From assembly GCF_000018465.1 (NCBI RefSeq), contig NC_010085.1:390001-422000 (forward strand): a stretch of DNA of 32,000 nt. Direction: 5' to 3'. Source of the DNA: Nitrosopumilus maritimus SCM1 (GTDB taxonomy: Archaea; Thermoproteota; Nitrososphaeria; Nitrososphaerales; Nitrosopumilaceae). Shown in pieces: positions 1 through 9,449 of the stretch; positions within the stretch are counted from its first letter, which is position 1; each line of letters opens with the position of its first letter. The notes under the pieces were generated by a model, which did not search any database, was not told where the DNA came from, and was given only the letters and a program-made list of their open reading frames with translations. The position numbers and the translations under genes were made by a program.

Positions 1-2
1 AC

Positions 3-758
3 TATGATCCTGTAAATGGATATCAAAAAGGTCACATTAGTGGTGCCAGTCTTATCTGGTGGAAACGTGACATTAATGATCCAGTTACAAGAGACATTAT
101 CTCCAAAAAACAATTTGAAGAGTTAATGGCAAAAAATGGAATTACAAAAGATACTGAGGTAGTTCTTTATGGTGACTTTAACAATTGGTTTGCAGCATTC
201 GTTTTCTGGGTTTTCAAAATCTATGGACATGAAAATCTAAAGATTATGAATGGTGGAAGAAAAAAATGGGAATTAGAAAATAGAGATTATACAACTGATG
301 AACCACAATTTGAATCAGTTACATATGATGCACAACCTCCAGATGAAGGATTACGTGCATATCTATTTGATGTAAGCCGTGCACTTGGAAAAGAAGATAC
401 TGTAATGGTTGATGTTAGATCTCCAGCTGAGTTTTCAGGAGAGATTACTGCACCACCAGAGTATCCAATGGAACATGCACAAAGAGGTGGACACATTCCT
501 GATGCAAACAATATTCCATGGGCAACTGCCGTCAATGACGCTGATGGAACTTTCAAAACAGTTGATGAACTAAAACAAAACTATGAACCAAAAGGAGTTA
601 CACCTGACAAAGATGTAATTTGTTATTGTAGAATTGGTGAACGTTCTTCACACAGTTGGTTTGTTCTAAAGTACCTACTTGGATATCCAAAGGTTCGAAA
701 CTATGATGGTTCTTGGACTGAATGGGGAAACATGATAGGAAACCCTGTGGAAAAATAA
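3..758 (+). CDS. Thiosulfate sulfurtransferase / rhodanese-like protein (5'-truncated by window edge)
   Basis: The frame of ORF 126..758 is open back to base 3 (YDPVNGYQKGHISGASLIWWKRDIN...). It contains VMVDVRSPAEF, GHIPDANNIPWA and a C-terminal CRIGERSSHSWF active-site-like Cys loop typical of tandem rhodanese domains. Confidence 0.9.
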   Translation, partial: YDPVNGYQKGHISGASLIWWKRDINDPVTRDIISKKQFEELMAKNGITKDTEVVLYGDFNNWFAAFVFWVFKIYGHENLKIMNGGRKKWELENRDYTTDEPQFESVTYDAQPPDEGLRAYLFDVSRALGKEDTVMVDVRSPAEFSGEITAPPEYPMEHAQRGGHIPDANNIPWATAVNDADGTFKTVDELKQNYEPKGVTPDKDVICYCRIGERSSHSWFVLKYLLGYPKVRNYDGSWTEWGNMIGNPVEK

Positions 759-759
759 A

Positions 760-1071
760 ATGTTACTAGACCTCCCTGTTTTAAAAAAGGGATCTTTTTA
801 TTTTATCAAAGATTCTGACACCGATCTTGTTATGGAAGACAAGACAAAAAGAGGCCTTACTGTAAAGGAGACCTCCGTTGATGAAAAACTAAATGTCAAG
901 GCTGACAAAGGTATGATTCACGATATGGATGGTATTGGCCATTGGGTTCCAATTCGATGGTATTTCCCAAAGGATTCTTACGATCTTGATGCAGTTTCAA
1001 TACATGCTGAAACAATGGAAAAAAAATACACAGAATTACGTGAACTCACATGTCCTGACGATGATGACTGA
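760..1071 (+). CDS. Small conserved-type hypothetical protein; start may be internal at about 831 (MEDKTKRG...)
   Basis: Open frame between two confident genes, acidic C-terminus (DDDD). The N-terminal start is uncertain because the first residues cover a short inverted-repeat/T-rich stretch. Confidence 0.6.
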   Translation: MLLDLPVLKKGSFYFIKDSDTDLVMEDKTKRGLTVKETSVDEKLNVKADKGMIHDMDGIGHWVPIRWYFPKDSYDLDAVSIHAETMEKKYTELRELTCPDDDD

Positions 1072-1107
1072 TAACCTTTTTAAATAAAATCGATTGAGAA
1101 ATCTCAG

Positions 1108-2055
1108 ATGTCTTTACTTCTCAAAGATCGAGTTTGGTCAATGGAAGCCCCTACTGCAAAACGTGGAGTTTATCCATTACATGGATTCAAACTTGGATTG
1201 TATAGATTGCCAATTAATCTTGAAGATCCTAATGAGATAAAATCAGTCCATGATGGTCTCAAAAAGGCTTTTGAGATGGACAAGTACGCTGATAGAGTTT
1301 TTGCAACATATCGCTGGACTGAACAAAACATGGATGATCCTGATGCAAAGGGATACGAAGAAGTAGAACTATCAGTTACAGTTGAAATTGTCACTGGTGA
1401 AGTTGTAGATATTATTTATCAGATTTTCCCAATTGAAAAGTTCGGTGATCCTAATTGGGTCAAAGATTATAGAAAGAAAGCAGACCATTTTGCAAAAATG
1501 GTAATTGATACTATTTTACGTAACACTATCTTGGCAGACAAGATGATTTCTTACTTTGCAAAAGCAGAAAAAATTTCTGAAGTTGCAGCTATTCAAAAAC
1601 TTGAAGACCTTACTCCTTTAGCAAAGATTGTTCTTGGTGCAAAACCAAAACCAGTTGAGGCTACTGAAGAAGCTGAAGAAGAAGATGAAGGTGATATGGA
1701 GATTCCAGATGGTGCAAAGCCTGGACCAATTGATGTTGATTACAAACAAAAAATGAAAGCATCTACAGCATATGAAGCAGCAGAACACACAATCAAAACT
1801 TGGGGTAGAAAAGGCACCAGTAATGGAATCATGGGTGTTTGGGGAGAATTTGTTTCAGTAGATTATGATATTTGTGTAGCAGATGGTGGATGCATTGAAG
1901 CATGCCCAGTAGGTGTGTATGAGTGGTTTGATACTCCTGGAAACCCTGCATCTGACAAGAAACCACTAATGTCAAAAGAACCTGATTGTATATTCTGTCT
2001 TGCATGTGAAGGTGTATGTCCGCCACAAGCAATCAAGATCTTCGAACAAAAATAG
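1108..2055 (+). CDS. Ferredoxin-domain (4Fe-4S dicluster) protein
   Basis: C-terminal CVADGGCIEACPVGVYEW and CIFCLACEGVCPPQAI cluster motifs after a thaumarchaeal-type N-terminal domain. Confidence 0.88.
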   Translation: MSLLLKDRVWSMEAPTAKRGVYPLHGFKLGLYRLPINLEDPNEIKSVHDGLKKAFEMDKYADRVFATYRWTEQNMDDPDAKGYEEVELSVTVEIVTGEVVDIIYQIFPIEKFGDPNWVKDYRKKADHFAKMVIDTILRNTILADKMISYFAKAEKISEVAAIQKLEDLTPLAKIVLGAKPKPVEATEEAEEEDEGDMEIPDGAKPGPIDVDYKQKMKASTAYEAAEHTIKTWGRKGTSNGIMGVWGEFVSVDYDICVADGGCIEACPVGVYEWFDTPGNPASDKKPLMSKEPDCIFCLACEGVCPPQAIKIFEQK

Positions 2056-2110
2056 TGGAAATTTATTGCAAGTATAAATAGCGAACAGTGATTCTCAGAG
2101 CTAGGGAAAA

Positions 2111-4177
2111 ATGGCAATCAACCCCTTCACTGCATTTGTATTTGATCTATTCATTATATCTGCTGTAATTATCACTGCGTATACTTGCAATTTTTACTAT
2201 CTTGCATTTTTGTCTCGAAAAAGAAAAGACAATTTACAAACAGCTGACTTGGGTACTCCGTCAATTACAATTCAATTACCAATATACAATGAAAAGTATG
2301 TCGCAAAAAGACTAGTAGATTCAGTATGTAATCTGGATTATCCTCAAGACAAAATGAGAATAATGGTGTTAGATGATTCTGATGATGATACTGTTGACCT
2401 TTTGGCACAAACTGTTGATGATTATAAGAAGAAAGGATTCCAAATCGAGCATGTGAGACGTGGAACCAGAAAAGGGTACAAGGCTGGTGCACTAAAGTAT
2501 GCAATGCAGTCAACTGATACTGAATTAGTGGCAATCTTTGATGCTGACTTTATTCCCCCAACATGGTTCCTAAAACGTGCTATTCCTCATTTTGCAAAAT
2601 CAAACATTGGTCTTGTGCAGTGTCGTTGGGGGCATGTAAATGAAAACTATTCAGCAATCACTCAAGCTCAAGCACTTAGTTTGGATTTTCATTTTCTAAT
2701 TGAACAAAAGGCAAAGAGTAATTCACATCTTTTCATGAATTTTAATGGCACTGCTGGAATCTGGAAACGTGATTGTATTGAAGATGCTGGTGGTTGGCAT
2801 ACTGCAACTTTAGTCGAAGATCTTGATCTTAGTTATAGAGCTCAAATGAAAGGTTGGAAGTGTGTCTTCTTGCCTGATGTCGTAGTTGATGCAGAACTAC
2901 CTGTTCAAATGAATGCTGCAAAACGACAACAATTTCGTTGGGCAAAAGGTTCCATCCAATGCGCATTAAAACTACTAACTGATATTACAATAAAAAGAAA
3001 AATTGCAATTGAGGCAAAGATTCAAGCTTTCATTCAACTTACACGTCATATTGTTTACCCATTAATGCTAATTCAATTTCTATCATTACCAATTTTGTTA
3101 GCTGCAAATGTCAATCTTTATGTGATTAGTTTTCTTCCTGCATTAACAATTGCAACATATCTTGCAATGGGACCTGGTGCATACATCATGATTATACAAA
3201 GCATGTATCACAAGTCGTGGAAGTCAAAAGCAAAGATACTACCTGCACTATTGGTGTATAATGCTGGGATGTCAGTTAACAATACTGTTGCAGTATTTGA
3301 TGCAGTTCTTGGAAAAAAGAATGAATTTCTTAGAACTCCAAAGTATGGTGTTCTCAAGAAAAAAGATGACTGGAAAGATAATGCATACAATTTACCTTTC
3401 TCTCAAGTAACTCTTCTTGAACTATTCTTTGGTGTGTATGGAATTTTAGGAATCTTTATCTCAATATTTTCAAACAATCCCATATTTGCACCAATTATCG
3501 CATTGCAAGCAATAGGATTCTTCTATATTGCATATCTGAGCCTCTCACACACTCGATTTAAAAGAAATAAATCAAGTACTCCAAAAATTAGAAGCAAGAA
3601 AGAGAAAATGGCTAATCTGGTTTACAAACTCTCCATGGTAGGTATTGTTGCCATCATAATCTTTGGTGGTTCTATGGCAATCTATGGTTATAGCACTGAT
3701 ATTTATCCCCTTGATAGAATGAGAGGTAATCTAGATGGAATTATTGGCTCATCTGATCCTGCTGCAATAAAGGCTCATCTATTGGCAATTCAAACTGATT
3801 TGACTGTTGTTATGGAGAATTTACCTGAAACAACAAATGCTAATGGTGAGGTTATTTCTAAAAACCCTGTTTGGATGTTCCCAACAGAATCTACAAACTT
3901 CCTTAGAATTGAAAATGCTGTAGAAACAATGACTGCAAGTATTGAAAAAATTTCTACAGTGCCAAAAGATAGTTCTGCATATCATACCGGAATGCTTGAT
4001 ATCAACAGTAGAGCTGTTTCATTGCAAACTGACATCATGGATGCAACTCCTTACATGTATGTCAGTATTCAAAATATTGCCTTTAGTACCATTTGGATTG
4101 CAGCAATCTTGGGAATCTTTGCAGCACTAAAAAGAAAGAAAGACCAACTAAAAGAAGTCGACGACGTTGGAGTCTAA
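2111..4177 (+). CDS. Family 2 glycosyltransferase, cellulose-synthase-like, multi-TM
   Basis: IQLPIYNEKYVAKRLVDSVCNLDYP, DADF, TLVEDLDLSYRAQMKGW and QQFRWAKGS (QxxRW) motifs, plus hydrophobic C-terminal segments. Confidence 0.93.
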   Translation: MAINPFTAFVFDLFIISAVIITAYTCNFYYLAFLSRKRKDNLQTADLGTPSITIQLPIYNEKYVAKRLVDSVCNLDYPQDKMRIMVLDDSDDDTVDLLAQTVDDYKKKGFQIEHVRRGTRKGYKAGALKYAMQSTDTELVAIFDADFIPPTWFLKRAIPHFAKSNIGLVQCRWGHVNENYSAITQAQALSLDFHFLIEQKAKSNSHLFMNFNGTAGIWKRDCIEDAGGWHTATLVEDLDLSYRAQMKGWKCVFLPDVVVDAELPVQMNAAKRQQFRWAKGSIQCALKLLTDITIKRKIAIEAKIQAFIQLTRHIVYPLMLIQFLSLPILLAANVNLYVISFLPALTIATYLAMGPGAYIMIIQSMYHKSWKSKAKILPALLVYNAGMSVNNTVAVFDAVLGKKNEFLRTPKYGVLKKKDDWKDNAYNLPFSQVTLLELFFGVYGILGIFISIFSNNPIFAPIIALQAIGFFYIAYLSLSHTRFKRNKSSTPKIRSKKEKMANLVYKLSMVGIVAIIIFGGSMAIYGYSTDIYPLDRMRGNLDGIIGSSDPAAIKAHLLAIQTDLTVVMENLPETTNANGEVISKNPVWMFPTESTNFLRIENAVETMTASIEKISTVPKDSSAYHTGMLDINSRAVSLQTDIMDATPYMYVSIQNIAFSTIWIAAILGIFAALKRKKDQLKEVDDVGV

Positions 4178-5703
4178 GAAATATTTAGATCTTTTCTAAT
4201 TTCATCAACAGCTCTAATTCCATAAATGTCTCTAACTTGCTGAATTCTTACTGCTTCTTTTAACAAATCTCTTCCAATTGCATTTGTCAAAATTGAATAT
4301 ACATCACTAAATCTAATTTCCCACTTATCTGCACAATCAAGAATTTTGCTTACTGCCCATTGTCTTACTTCATGTGGTAGTGGAATCTTTTCTCCAGATT
4401 CTATCGAGATTCTATCAAATAAATTCACAATATCTGCAGTTTGTTCTGCCATCTTTTCAAGATCTTTTGCATCTCCGTATTTTGATTCTGCATTCATCCT
4501 GATGTTTGATTGATACTCTGAAAGTTTTAGCAAAGCCATCATTTCTTTTGATGAATCATCTGAAGCTTTGTTTGTTACACTTCTAACTGACTGCATCTCT
4601 TCAAACAATTTTTCAGTCTTTTTATGAAATTCTGCAGATGCAGCATCTTGTCTTTTAATGATATCTGCTGCTGATGAAATTTTTTGCTCAATGCTGTTAG
4701 TTTTATCAAATACATTTTGTTTGAATTCTGAAAGGTCGTTTTGAACCGATTTGAGACCTTCACCCACAAATGCAGTTGAATCTGCTCTATGTGATAGTGC
4801 CCCTATCTCAGTTTCAATCTTGTCAATTTTTCCTGCTAGTTCTTTTATTGATTCTAGGCTCACATTATCAACTGAATTTGCCTTTGTGGCAACTGTTTCA
4901 AATTGCTGTTTTAGGCCCTCAATTACGCCTCCAAGTGAGTCAATCTTTGCTGCTTTAGAAGAAATTGCATCAATTGTGATCTTTATTGCTTCTAATTCGG
5001 AATTAAGATTGGAACTATCTGAAACCCCGTCAGTTATTTTTGAGAGTTCTTGTTTTAGACTTTCAATAATTTGAGAACCTGTTTCAAGTTTTGCAGTTTT
5101 ACCTGAAATCTCTTCAATACTGTTTTTTAGTTTGTCCATTTCTGAACCAACTTCTAAGAAAGAGTCTGTTTTACCTGAAACTTTTCTTAAATCATCTCTT
5201 ACTTCATCAATTCTTTGAGCTATTTTGATGATCATCTGTGAATTATTTCTAATAGAATTCATACTGTCTTCTACTTGTTGAGAAATTTCTTGAGTTTTTG
5301 ATAATTTTTGTTCTTCAGAAATTCTACTGATCTCTTCTTGTAATTTTGCAGTTTGATTGTTAATCTTAGTTACTAGGTTTGATTGAGTTCTTACTTGATT
5401 TAGTCCTGCATATAGCTTTTGTGTGTCGTCTTCAATTAAGTTAAGTTGTTTTGATTGTTTTTGAATATGTTCTAATGCTGATGTTAATGAATCGATCATA
5501 CCTTTCATAGAAACTAGAACTTTTTGATTTTCTCCAAAAATCTTTGACATTACTTTGATCTCTTTTTGTAATGCTTTGTTAGAATCTGATACTGATGCTA
5601 CTTTTTTTAGTAAAACTGATGGACTTGGTTCTCTTTTTGTAACTTTTTTTGTTTCTTTTTTTGCTTTAGGAGTTGTTTTTTTCTTTGCAGTTTTTGTAGC
5701 CAT
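4174..5703 (-). CDS. Long coiled-coil protein with lysine-rich N-terminal tail
   Basis: 509-aa ORF: MATKTAKKKTTPKAKKETKKVTKREPSPS tail, long heptad-rich middle, compact C-terminal domain (RQWAVSKILDCADKWEIRFSDVYSILTNAIGRDLLKEA). Confidence 0.85.
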   Translation of the reverse strand: MATKTAKKKTTPKAKKETKKVTKREPSPSVLLKKVASVSDSNKALQKEIKVMSKIFGENQKVLVSMKGMIDSLTSALEHIQKQSKQLNLIEDDTQKLYAGLNQVRTQSNLVTKINNQTAKLQEEISRISEEQKLSKTQEISQQVEDSMNSIRNNSQMIIKIAQRIDEVRDDLRKVSGKTDSFLEVGSEMDKLKNSIEEISGKTAKLETGSQIIESLKQELSKITDGVSDSSNLNSELEAIKITIDAISSKAAKIDSLGGVIEGLKQQFETVATKANSVDNVSLESIKELAGKIDKIETEIGALSHRADSTAFVGEGLKSVQNDLSEFKQNVFDKTNSIEQKISSAADIIKRQDAASAEFHKKTEKLFEEMQSVRSVTNKASDDSSKEMMALLKLSEYQSNIRMNAESKYGDAKDLEKMAEQTADIVNLFDRISIESGEKIPLPHEVRQWAVSKILDCADKWEIRFSDVYSILTNAIGRDLLKEAVRIQQVRDIYGIRAVDEIRKDLNIS

Positions 5704-5763
5704 ATCAATTGAAACAGAATTTAACGATAAAAAAGTTAGGTCTAAAATAAAAAATGTAAAGAG

Positions 5764-5871
5764 TTACTTGTTTACAACTTCTGGTTCATGAAGTAACTCA
5801 TGGAAGGTTTTTTCAGCCAAACCATTTGCTGTTTCGATAAAACCTCTTGTACAATATTCACATTGAATCAT
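5764..5871 (-). CDS. Putative 35-aa CxxC microprotein MIQCEYCTRGFIETANGLAEKTFHELLHEPEVVNK
   Basis: ATG (cat at 5869-5871) to TAA (tta at 5764-5766) read manually on the minus strand; contains a CEYC knuckle. Too short for the supplied ORF track. Confidence 0.45.
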   Translation of the reverse strand: MIQCEYCTRGFIETANGLAEKTFHELLHEPEVVNK

Positions 5872-5896
5872 ATAGTACGGTATGGTACCGTACTAT
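5872..5896. promoter_or_regulatory. Perfect 11-bp inverted repeat ATAGTACGGTA-TGG-TACCGTACTAT
   Basis: Left arm 5872-5882, spacer 5883-5885, right arm 5886-5896; abuts the start codon of the minus-strand 35-aa ORF. Confidence 0.6.
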
Positions 5897-6119
5897 TAAT
5901 ATCAAGGTAATGACAACGTAACCAATTATGCAGTCAGATACCCCAGGTCATATCTCTACATTTGATTCAGTTGACCTAATCATCACTCTGCATTTTGATA
6001 ATTGTTCCTTGGAATAAAGAGATTAACATTTTGAAATTATTTTGAGCCTGTGTTCAATTATTAGCAGTTTAGGTAATTTTACTTTCGAATTTTCAATCCG
6101 CAATGATTTTTAAACAAAT

Positions 6120-7460
6120 TTGTTAACTGAAAACATGCAAAACATTCCACTGCAACTAAATCCTAGTGGAATCCAAAGCTCACTTAACAATACAGTTTCT
6201 AGCTTGATTGAACAGATTACTCCTGAACTTCCTCACACATCATTTGTTACTGATTTGGCCTTTATCATGATTATTGGTGCAGTTGTTACTCTTGCATTTT
6301 TCAAAATTAAGCAACCACTAATCATTGGATATCTTTTTGCAGGAATGCTCCTTGGCCCTCTTTCCCCATTTTGGTCTTGGTTACTACCTGAAGGTGGACC
6401 TCCTGGTGATGTTTTAGAGGGTGTTGGAATTTTATCTGATATTTCTGCATTACATCTTTTTGCTGAGATTGGGGTGATCTTACTTTTGTTTGTAATTGGA
6501 ATTGAGTTCCCTTATGCAAAAATTAAGAGTATAGGGCGAGTTGCAGTTGGGGTTGGAACTCTTGGTTTGTTCGCAACTTTGGGTGTGGTATTTTACACTG
6601 CTACTGCTTTGGGTCTGCAATTTATGGATGCATTATTTATTGCCGCTGCATTATCTATCTCCAGTACTGCAATCATTGTCAAAATTTTGGAAGATATGGG
6701 GAGGATCAAAAAAGAATCTTCTATTCTTGTATTGGGTATTTTGATTGTAGAAGACGTTATTGCAGTTATCTTGATTTCATCTTTACAATCAATTGCTTTA
6801 GTCGGAAGTGTTTCTATTGAATCAATAATTGTAGTTGTTCTAGTTGCAACTGGATTAATTGTTGGAACATTTACTATTGGAACTCGTGTAATACCACCAT
6901 TAATTGACAGAGTTGCTGCTGCAGAGCATCGTGAAATTTTACTTCTTAGTGTTCTTGGCGTTTGCTTTGGATATGCATTATTTGCCAATATTGTAGGATT
7001 ATCAGTCGCAATTGGTGCCTTTTTGGCAGGTGTTTTGGTAGCAGAATCAAAATCTGCTGAAGTAGCAAAACTCCTTTCTAGTCCAATTAAAGACATGTTC
7101 GTTGCAATCTTCTTTATCTCAGTTGGGGCTTTGATGGATATCTCACAACTTGGAGATTACATCTGGATAGCAATTGCATTGATTGCAGTTGCAACAGGTA
7201 TGAAATTTGGAGGAAACATGATTGGAAATATTATATTCAGACAAAAGCGTGGTAAGGCACTTCGCTCAGCATTTACTTTAGGTGCTCCAAGAGGAGAGTT
7301 CTCAATTGTAATTGTAAAAGCTGGCGTTGACATTGGTGCAGTTAGTGCTTTCTTGTTCCCATTGATAGGCATCATCTCAATAATTACCGCATTCCTTTCA
7401 CCATTCTTTGTAAAAGCAGGAGATAAAGTCGTAGAGAAATTAGAAGAAGAAGATGTCTGA
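6120..7460 (+). CDS. Monovalent cation:proton antiporter, CPA2/Kef-like membrane domain
   Basis: Multi-TM protein with LAFFKIKQPLIIGYLFAGMLLGP, SISSTAIIVKIL, LGILIVEDVIAVI and GAFLAGVLVAES motifs. Confidence 0.92.
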   Translation: MLTENMQNIPLQLNPSGIQSSLNNTVSSLIEQITPELPHTSFVTDLAFIMIIGAVVTLAFFKIKQPLIIGYLFAGMLLGPLSPFWSWLLPEGGPPGDVLEGVGILSDISALHLFAEIGVILLLFVIGIEFPYAKIKSIGRVAVGVGTLGLFATLGVVFYTATALGLQFMDALFIAAALSISSTAIIVKILEDMGRIKKESSILVLGILIVEDVIAVILISSLQSIALVGSVSIESIIVVVLVATGLIVGTFTIGTRVIPPLIDRVAAAEHREILLLSVLGVCFGYALFANIVGLSVAIGAFLAGVLVAESKSAEVAKLLSSPIKDMFVAIFFISVGALMDISQLGDYIWIAIALIAVATGMKFGGNMIGNIIFRQKRGKALRSAFTLGAPRGEFSIVIVKAGVDIGAVSAFLFPLIGIISIITAFLSPFFVKAGDKVVEKLEEEDV

Positions 7461-7881
7461 TGAACTAAAACGAATGCTAGAGCAAGTTCACACTGGCATT
7501 ACTACTTTTGATTTTGAAGGAAAAGAAACTCCTTGTATTGTAATTGATGCAAAAAAATATGAAAACATTAGAGCCAAAGTTGAAGGACAGCCATTTGCAG
7601 TAAACACTGATTTGAATATCTTACAAGATGGATTGGGAAATGTCTTTGTTGAAGTTGTTTTGACTTTTTCAATTGGAAATATTTCTGAAAAGTATCTTGT
7701 AAATGCAAAGACTGATTTGCAATTCTTTGAAACACTTGCTCAAACATCCATGTTTGTACTCAATTCTCCTGAATCCCAATATGGTAAAGATAATGTCATT
7801 GCAATTCAATTACCTAGACCAGAAAAAGCCCATGATGCTCTAGAAATCATAAAATCTGCTCTTGTGCCTAAAAATCAATAG
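7453..7881 (+). CDS. Hypothetical protein, probably translationally coupled to the antiporter
   Basis: ATG at 7453 overlaps the antiporter stop by 8 bp; 142-aa soluble-type protein. Confidence 0.8.
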   Translation: MSDELKRMLEQVHTGITTFDFEGKETPCIVIDAKKYENIRAKVEGQPFAVNTDLNILQDGLGNVFVEVVLTFSIGNISEKYLVNAKTDLQFFETLAQTSMFVLNSPESQYGKDNVIAIQLPRPEKAHDALEIIKSALVPKNQ

Positions 7882-7885
7882 ATGG

Positions 7886-7959
7886 TGCAGTTACCGGGAT
7901 TTGAACCCGGGTCACGTACTTGGCAAGCACGAGTACTAACCAGACTGTACTATAACTGC
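7886..7959 (-). tRNA. tRNA-Gly (GCC anticodon)
   Basis: Reverse complement GCAGTTATAGTACAGTCTGGTTAGTACTCGTGCTTGCCAAGTACGTGACCCGGGTTCAAATCCCGGTAACTGCA. It has a 7-bp acceptor stem, anticodon loop TTGCCAA and T-loop GGTTCAAATCC. CCA is genomically encoded at 7883-7885. Confidence 0.96.
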
Positions 7960-8022
7960 AACAAACCTAGAAGCTGAATTTGGATATTAAACTGTTTTTA
8001 ACTATTTTAATGAAGATTAACT

Positions 8023-8286
8023 ATGGATAAAACTCTTCTAAAAAAGATTGATGAAAAAATTCAAGAAACAATTTCTAACAAAGATGACATTAAACAATTA
8101 ATTTCTCTATTGTCTACTATTGACAATTCCAAATCTTTTGCTTTGGGTATTGTTGTTGGTAGGATATACAATGCATTTTATTATCAATCAAAACGAATTT
8201 TGAATCGGGAACCAACAAAAGATGAATTTGAAGAATTTTTAGAATATATTCAAAATAAGAAATCTGATTTGGAAAATCTATGGTGA
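8023..8286 (+). CDS. Hypothetical 87-aa protein
   Basis: Complete ORF after the tRNA; charged, helical; converges with the L10e gene with a 9-bp overlap. Confidence 0.65.
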   Translation: MDKTLLKKIDEKIQETISNKDDIKQLISLLSTIDNSKSFALGIVVGRIYNAFYYQSKRILNREPTKDEFEEFLEYIQNKKSDLENLW

Positions 8287-8787
8287 TGGTTTATTCCAAT
8301 CAAGAACTTTGATTGTTGGTGTTCCTGGTAATTTTACACATGCACTTTTGAGTGATTTCTTTGCTGCTGCTAAATGTGCATCACCATTAACGTAAAGTTC
8401 CATAATGCATTGACCTTCTCTTACTCTTGCACCTAAACTGGTTGCTTTTCCCCAAGCTCTTCTCATTCCTTCTGAAATTCTGTCTGCACCTGCAGTTGCA
8501 ATTTGTTTATTTTCTCTTAACATGTTGTGTGGATAAATTCTAAGTCTGGAATAGTATCCTGACTCACCAGTTGTTTTTTCTAGTGTTTTGTTTGCTGCCA
8601 ATCTTGTTGATTCAATTGCCATATGTCTTAACTGCATTTTTTCATTAATGCATAATTGTACACAATATTGGTAAGTTCCTCTTTTACCACCTTGAAATTT
8701 TGCAATTTTGATTTGTGGTTTACCTTTGATGTACTTTCTTCTGGTAAAGACTTGGCCATTTCCTTCTCTGTAATTGGCTCCATGCAT
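8278..8787 (-). CDS. rpl10e: Large ribosomal subunit protein L10e (uL16 family)
   Basis: MHGANYREGNGQVFTRRKYIKGKPQIKIAKFQGG...RIYPHNMLRENKQIATAGADRISEGMRRAWGKATSLGARV. The track extends to a TTG at 8850, but ATG at 8787 fits the conserved start better. Confidence 0.93.
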   Translation of the reverse strand: MHGANYREGNGQVFTRRKYIKGKPQIKIAKFQGGKRGTYQYCVQLCINEKMQLRHMAIESTRLAANKTLEKTTGESGYYSRLRIYPHNMLRENKQIATAGADRISEGMRRAWGKATSLGARVREGQCIMELYVNGDAHLAAAKKSLKSACVKLPGTPTIKVLDWNKPSP

Positions 8788-8885
8788 GATATGATAACGC
8801 CTGAATCCCCATATTTTAACGGTTAGAAGAGATTTATTCGTATTTTCCAATGCTTATATGGAAATCATTTGGTTTTCTTTTCATC

Positions 8886-9449
8886 ATGGAAGAAACCCCT
8901 TTGGTCCGTGGCACATTGGTTTCAGATCAAGCCTGTATTTCTGATAAGAAAATGATTCATGAACTTGAACTAAAGGGATATGGGGAAATTGAAAAAGAAA
9001 AATTCTTCTTAAAACAATTTGAAACTCTTTATCTTCTGTATACTAACAAACTAATTCTAAAGAAAGGCAAAAAAGAAATTGATTTTGATTTTTTCATGAA
9101 TGTCTGTCAAAAGAATGATTCTGAAATTCTAACTAAATTTTTGATATACCGTGACCTTAGGAATCGTGGATATGTTGTAAAAGATGGATTTGGATTTGGT
9201 TCTGACTTTAGAGTGTATGAAAGAGGACACTTTGGTGAGAAAGGAGCAAAATTTTTGATATTTGGTCTAAATGAAGGCCAACAAGAAAAGATGGGTGCAC
9301 TACAAAAAAAGATTCAAGAGATTACTCAAATGGGAAAAGAACCAATAATTGCAGTTATTGAACGTCGTGGTGAAGTTATCTATTACAAAATTAACAAAAT
9401 GAACTTTTATGAAAACAAAGCAAGACTGGAAGAATCATTTAATCTTTGA
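8886..9449 (+). CDS. endA: tRNA-splicing endonuclease
   Basis: FLIYRDLRNRGYVVKDGFGFGSDFRVYERG catalytic-domain signature; ATG at 8886 gives MEETPLVRGTLV. Confidence 0.92.
   Translation: MEETPLVRGTLVSDQACISDKKMIHELELKGYGEIEKEKFFLKQFETLYLLYTNKLILKKGKKEIDFDFFMNVCQKNDSEILTKFLIYRDLRNRGYVVKDGFGFGSDFRVYERGHFGEKGAKFLIFGLNEGQQEKMGALQKKIQEITQMGKEPIIAVIERRGEVIYYKINKMNFYENKARLEESFNL

Noticed and set aside
6593-7096. 167-aa antisense ORF inside the antiporter gene, and similar internal ORFs in GT2, EamA and 30166..31641
   Set aside because: They lie fully within strongly recognisable CDSs on the other strand, with no independent coding evidence.
8788-8850. N-terminal extension of L10e from TTG at 8850 (MENTNKSLLTVKIWGFRRYHI)
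   Set aside because: ATG at 8787 yields the expected MHGANYREGNG start; the extension is an unusual start codon choice and crowds the endA promoter.
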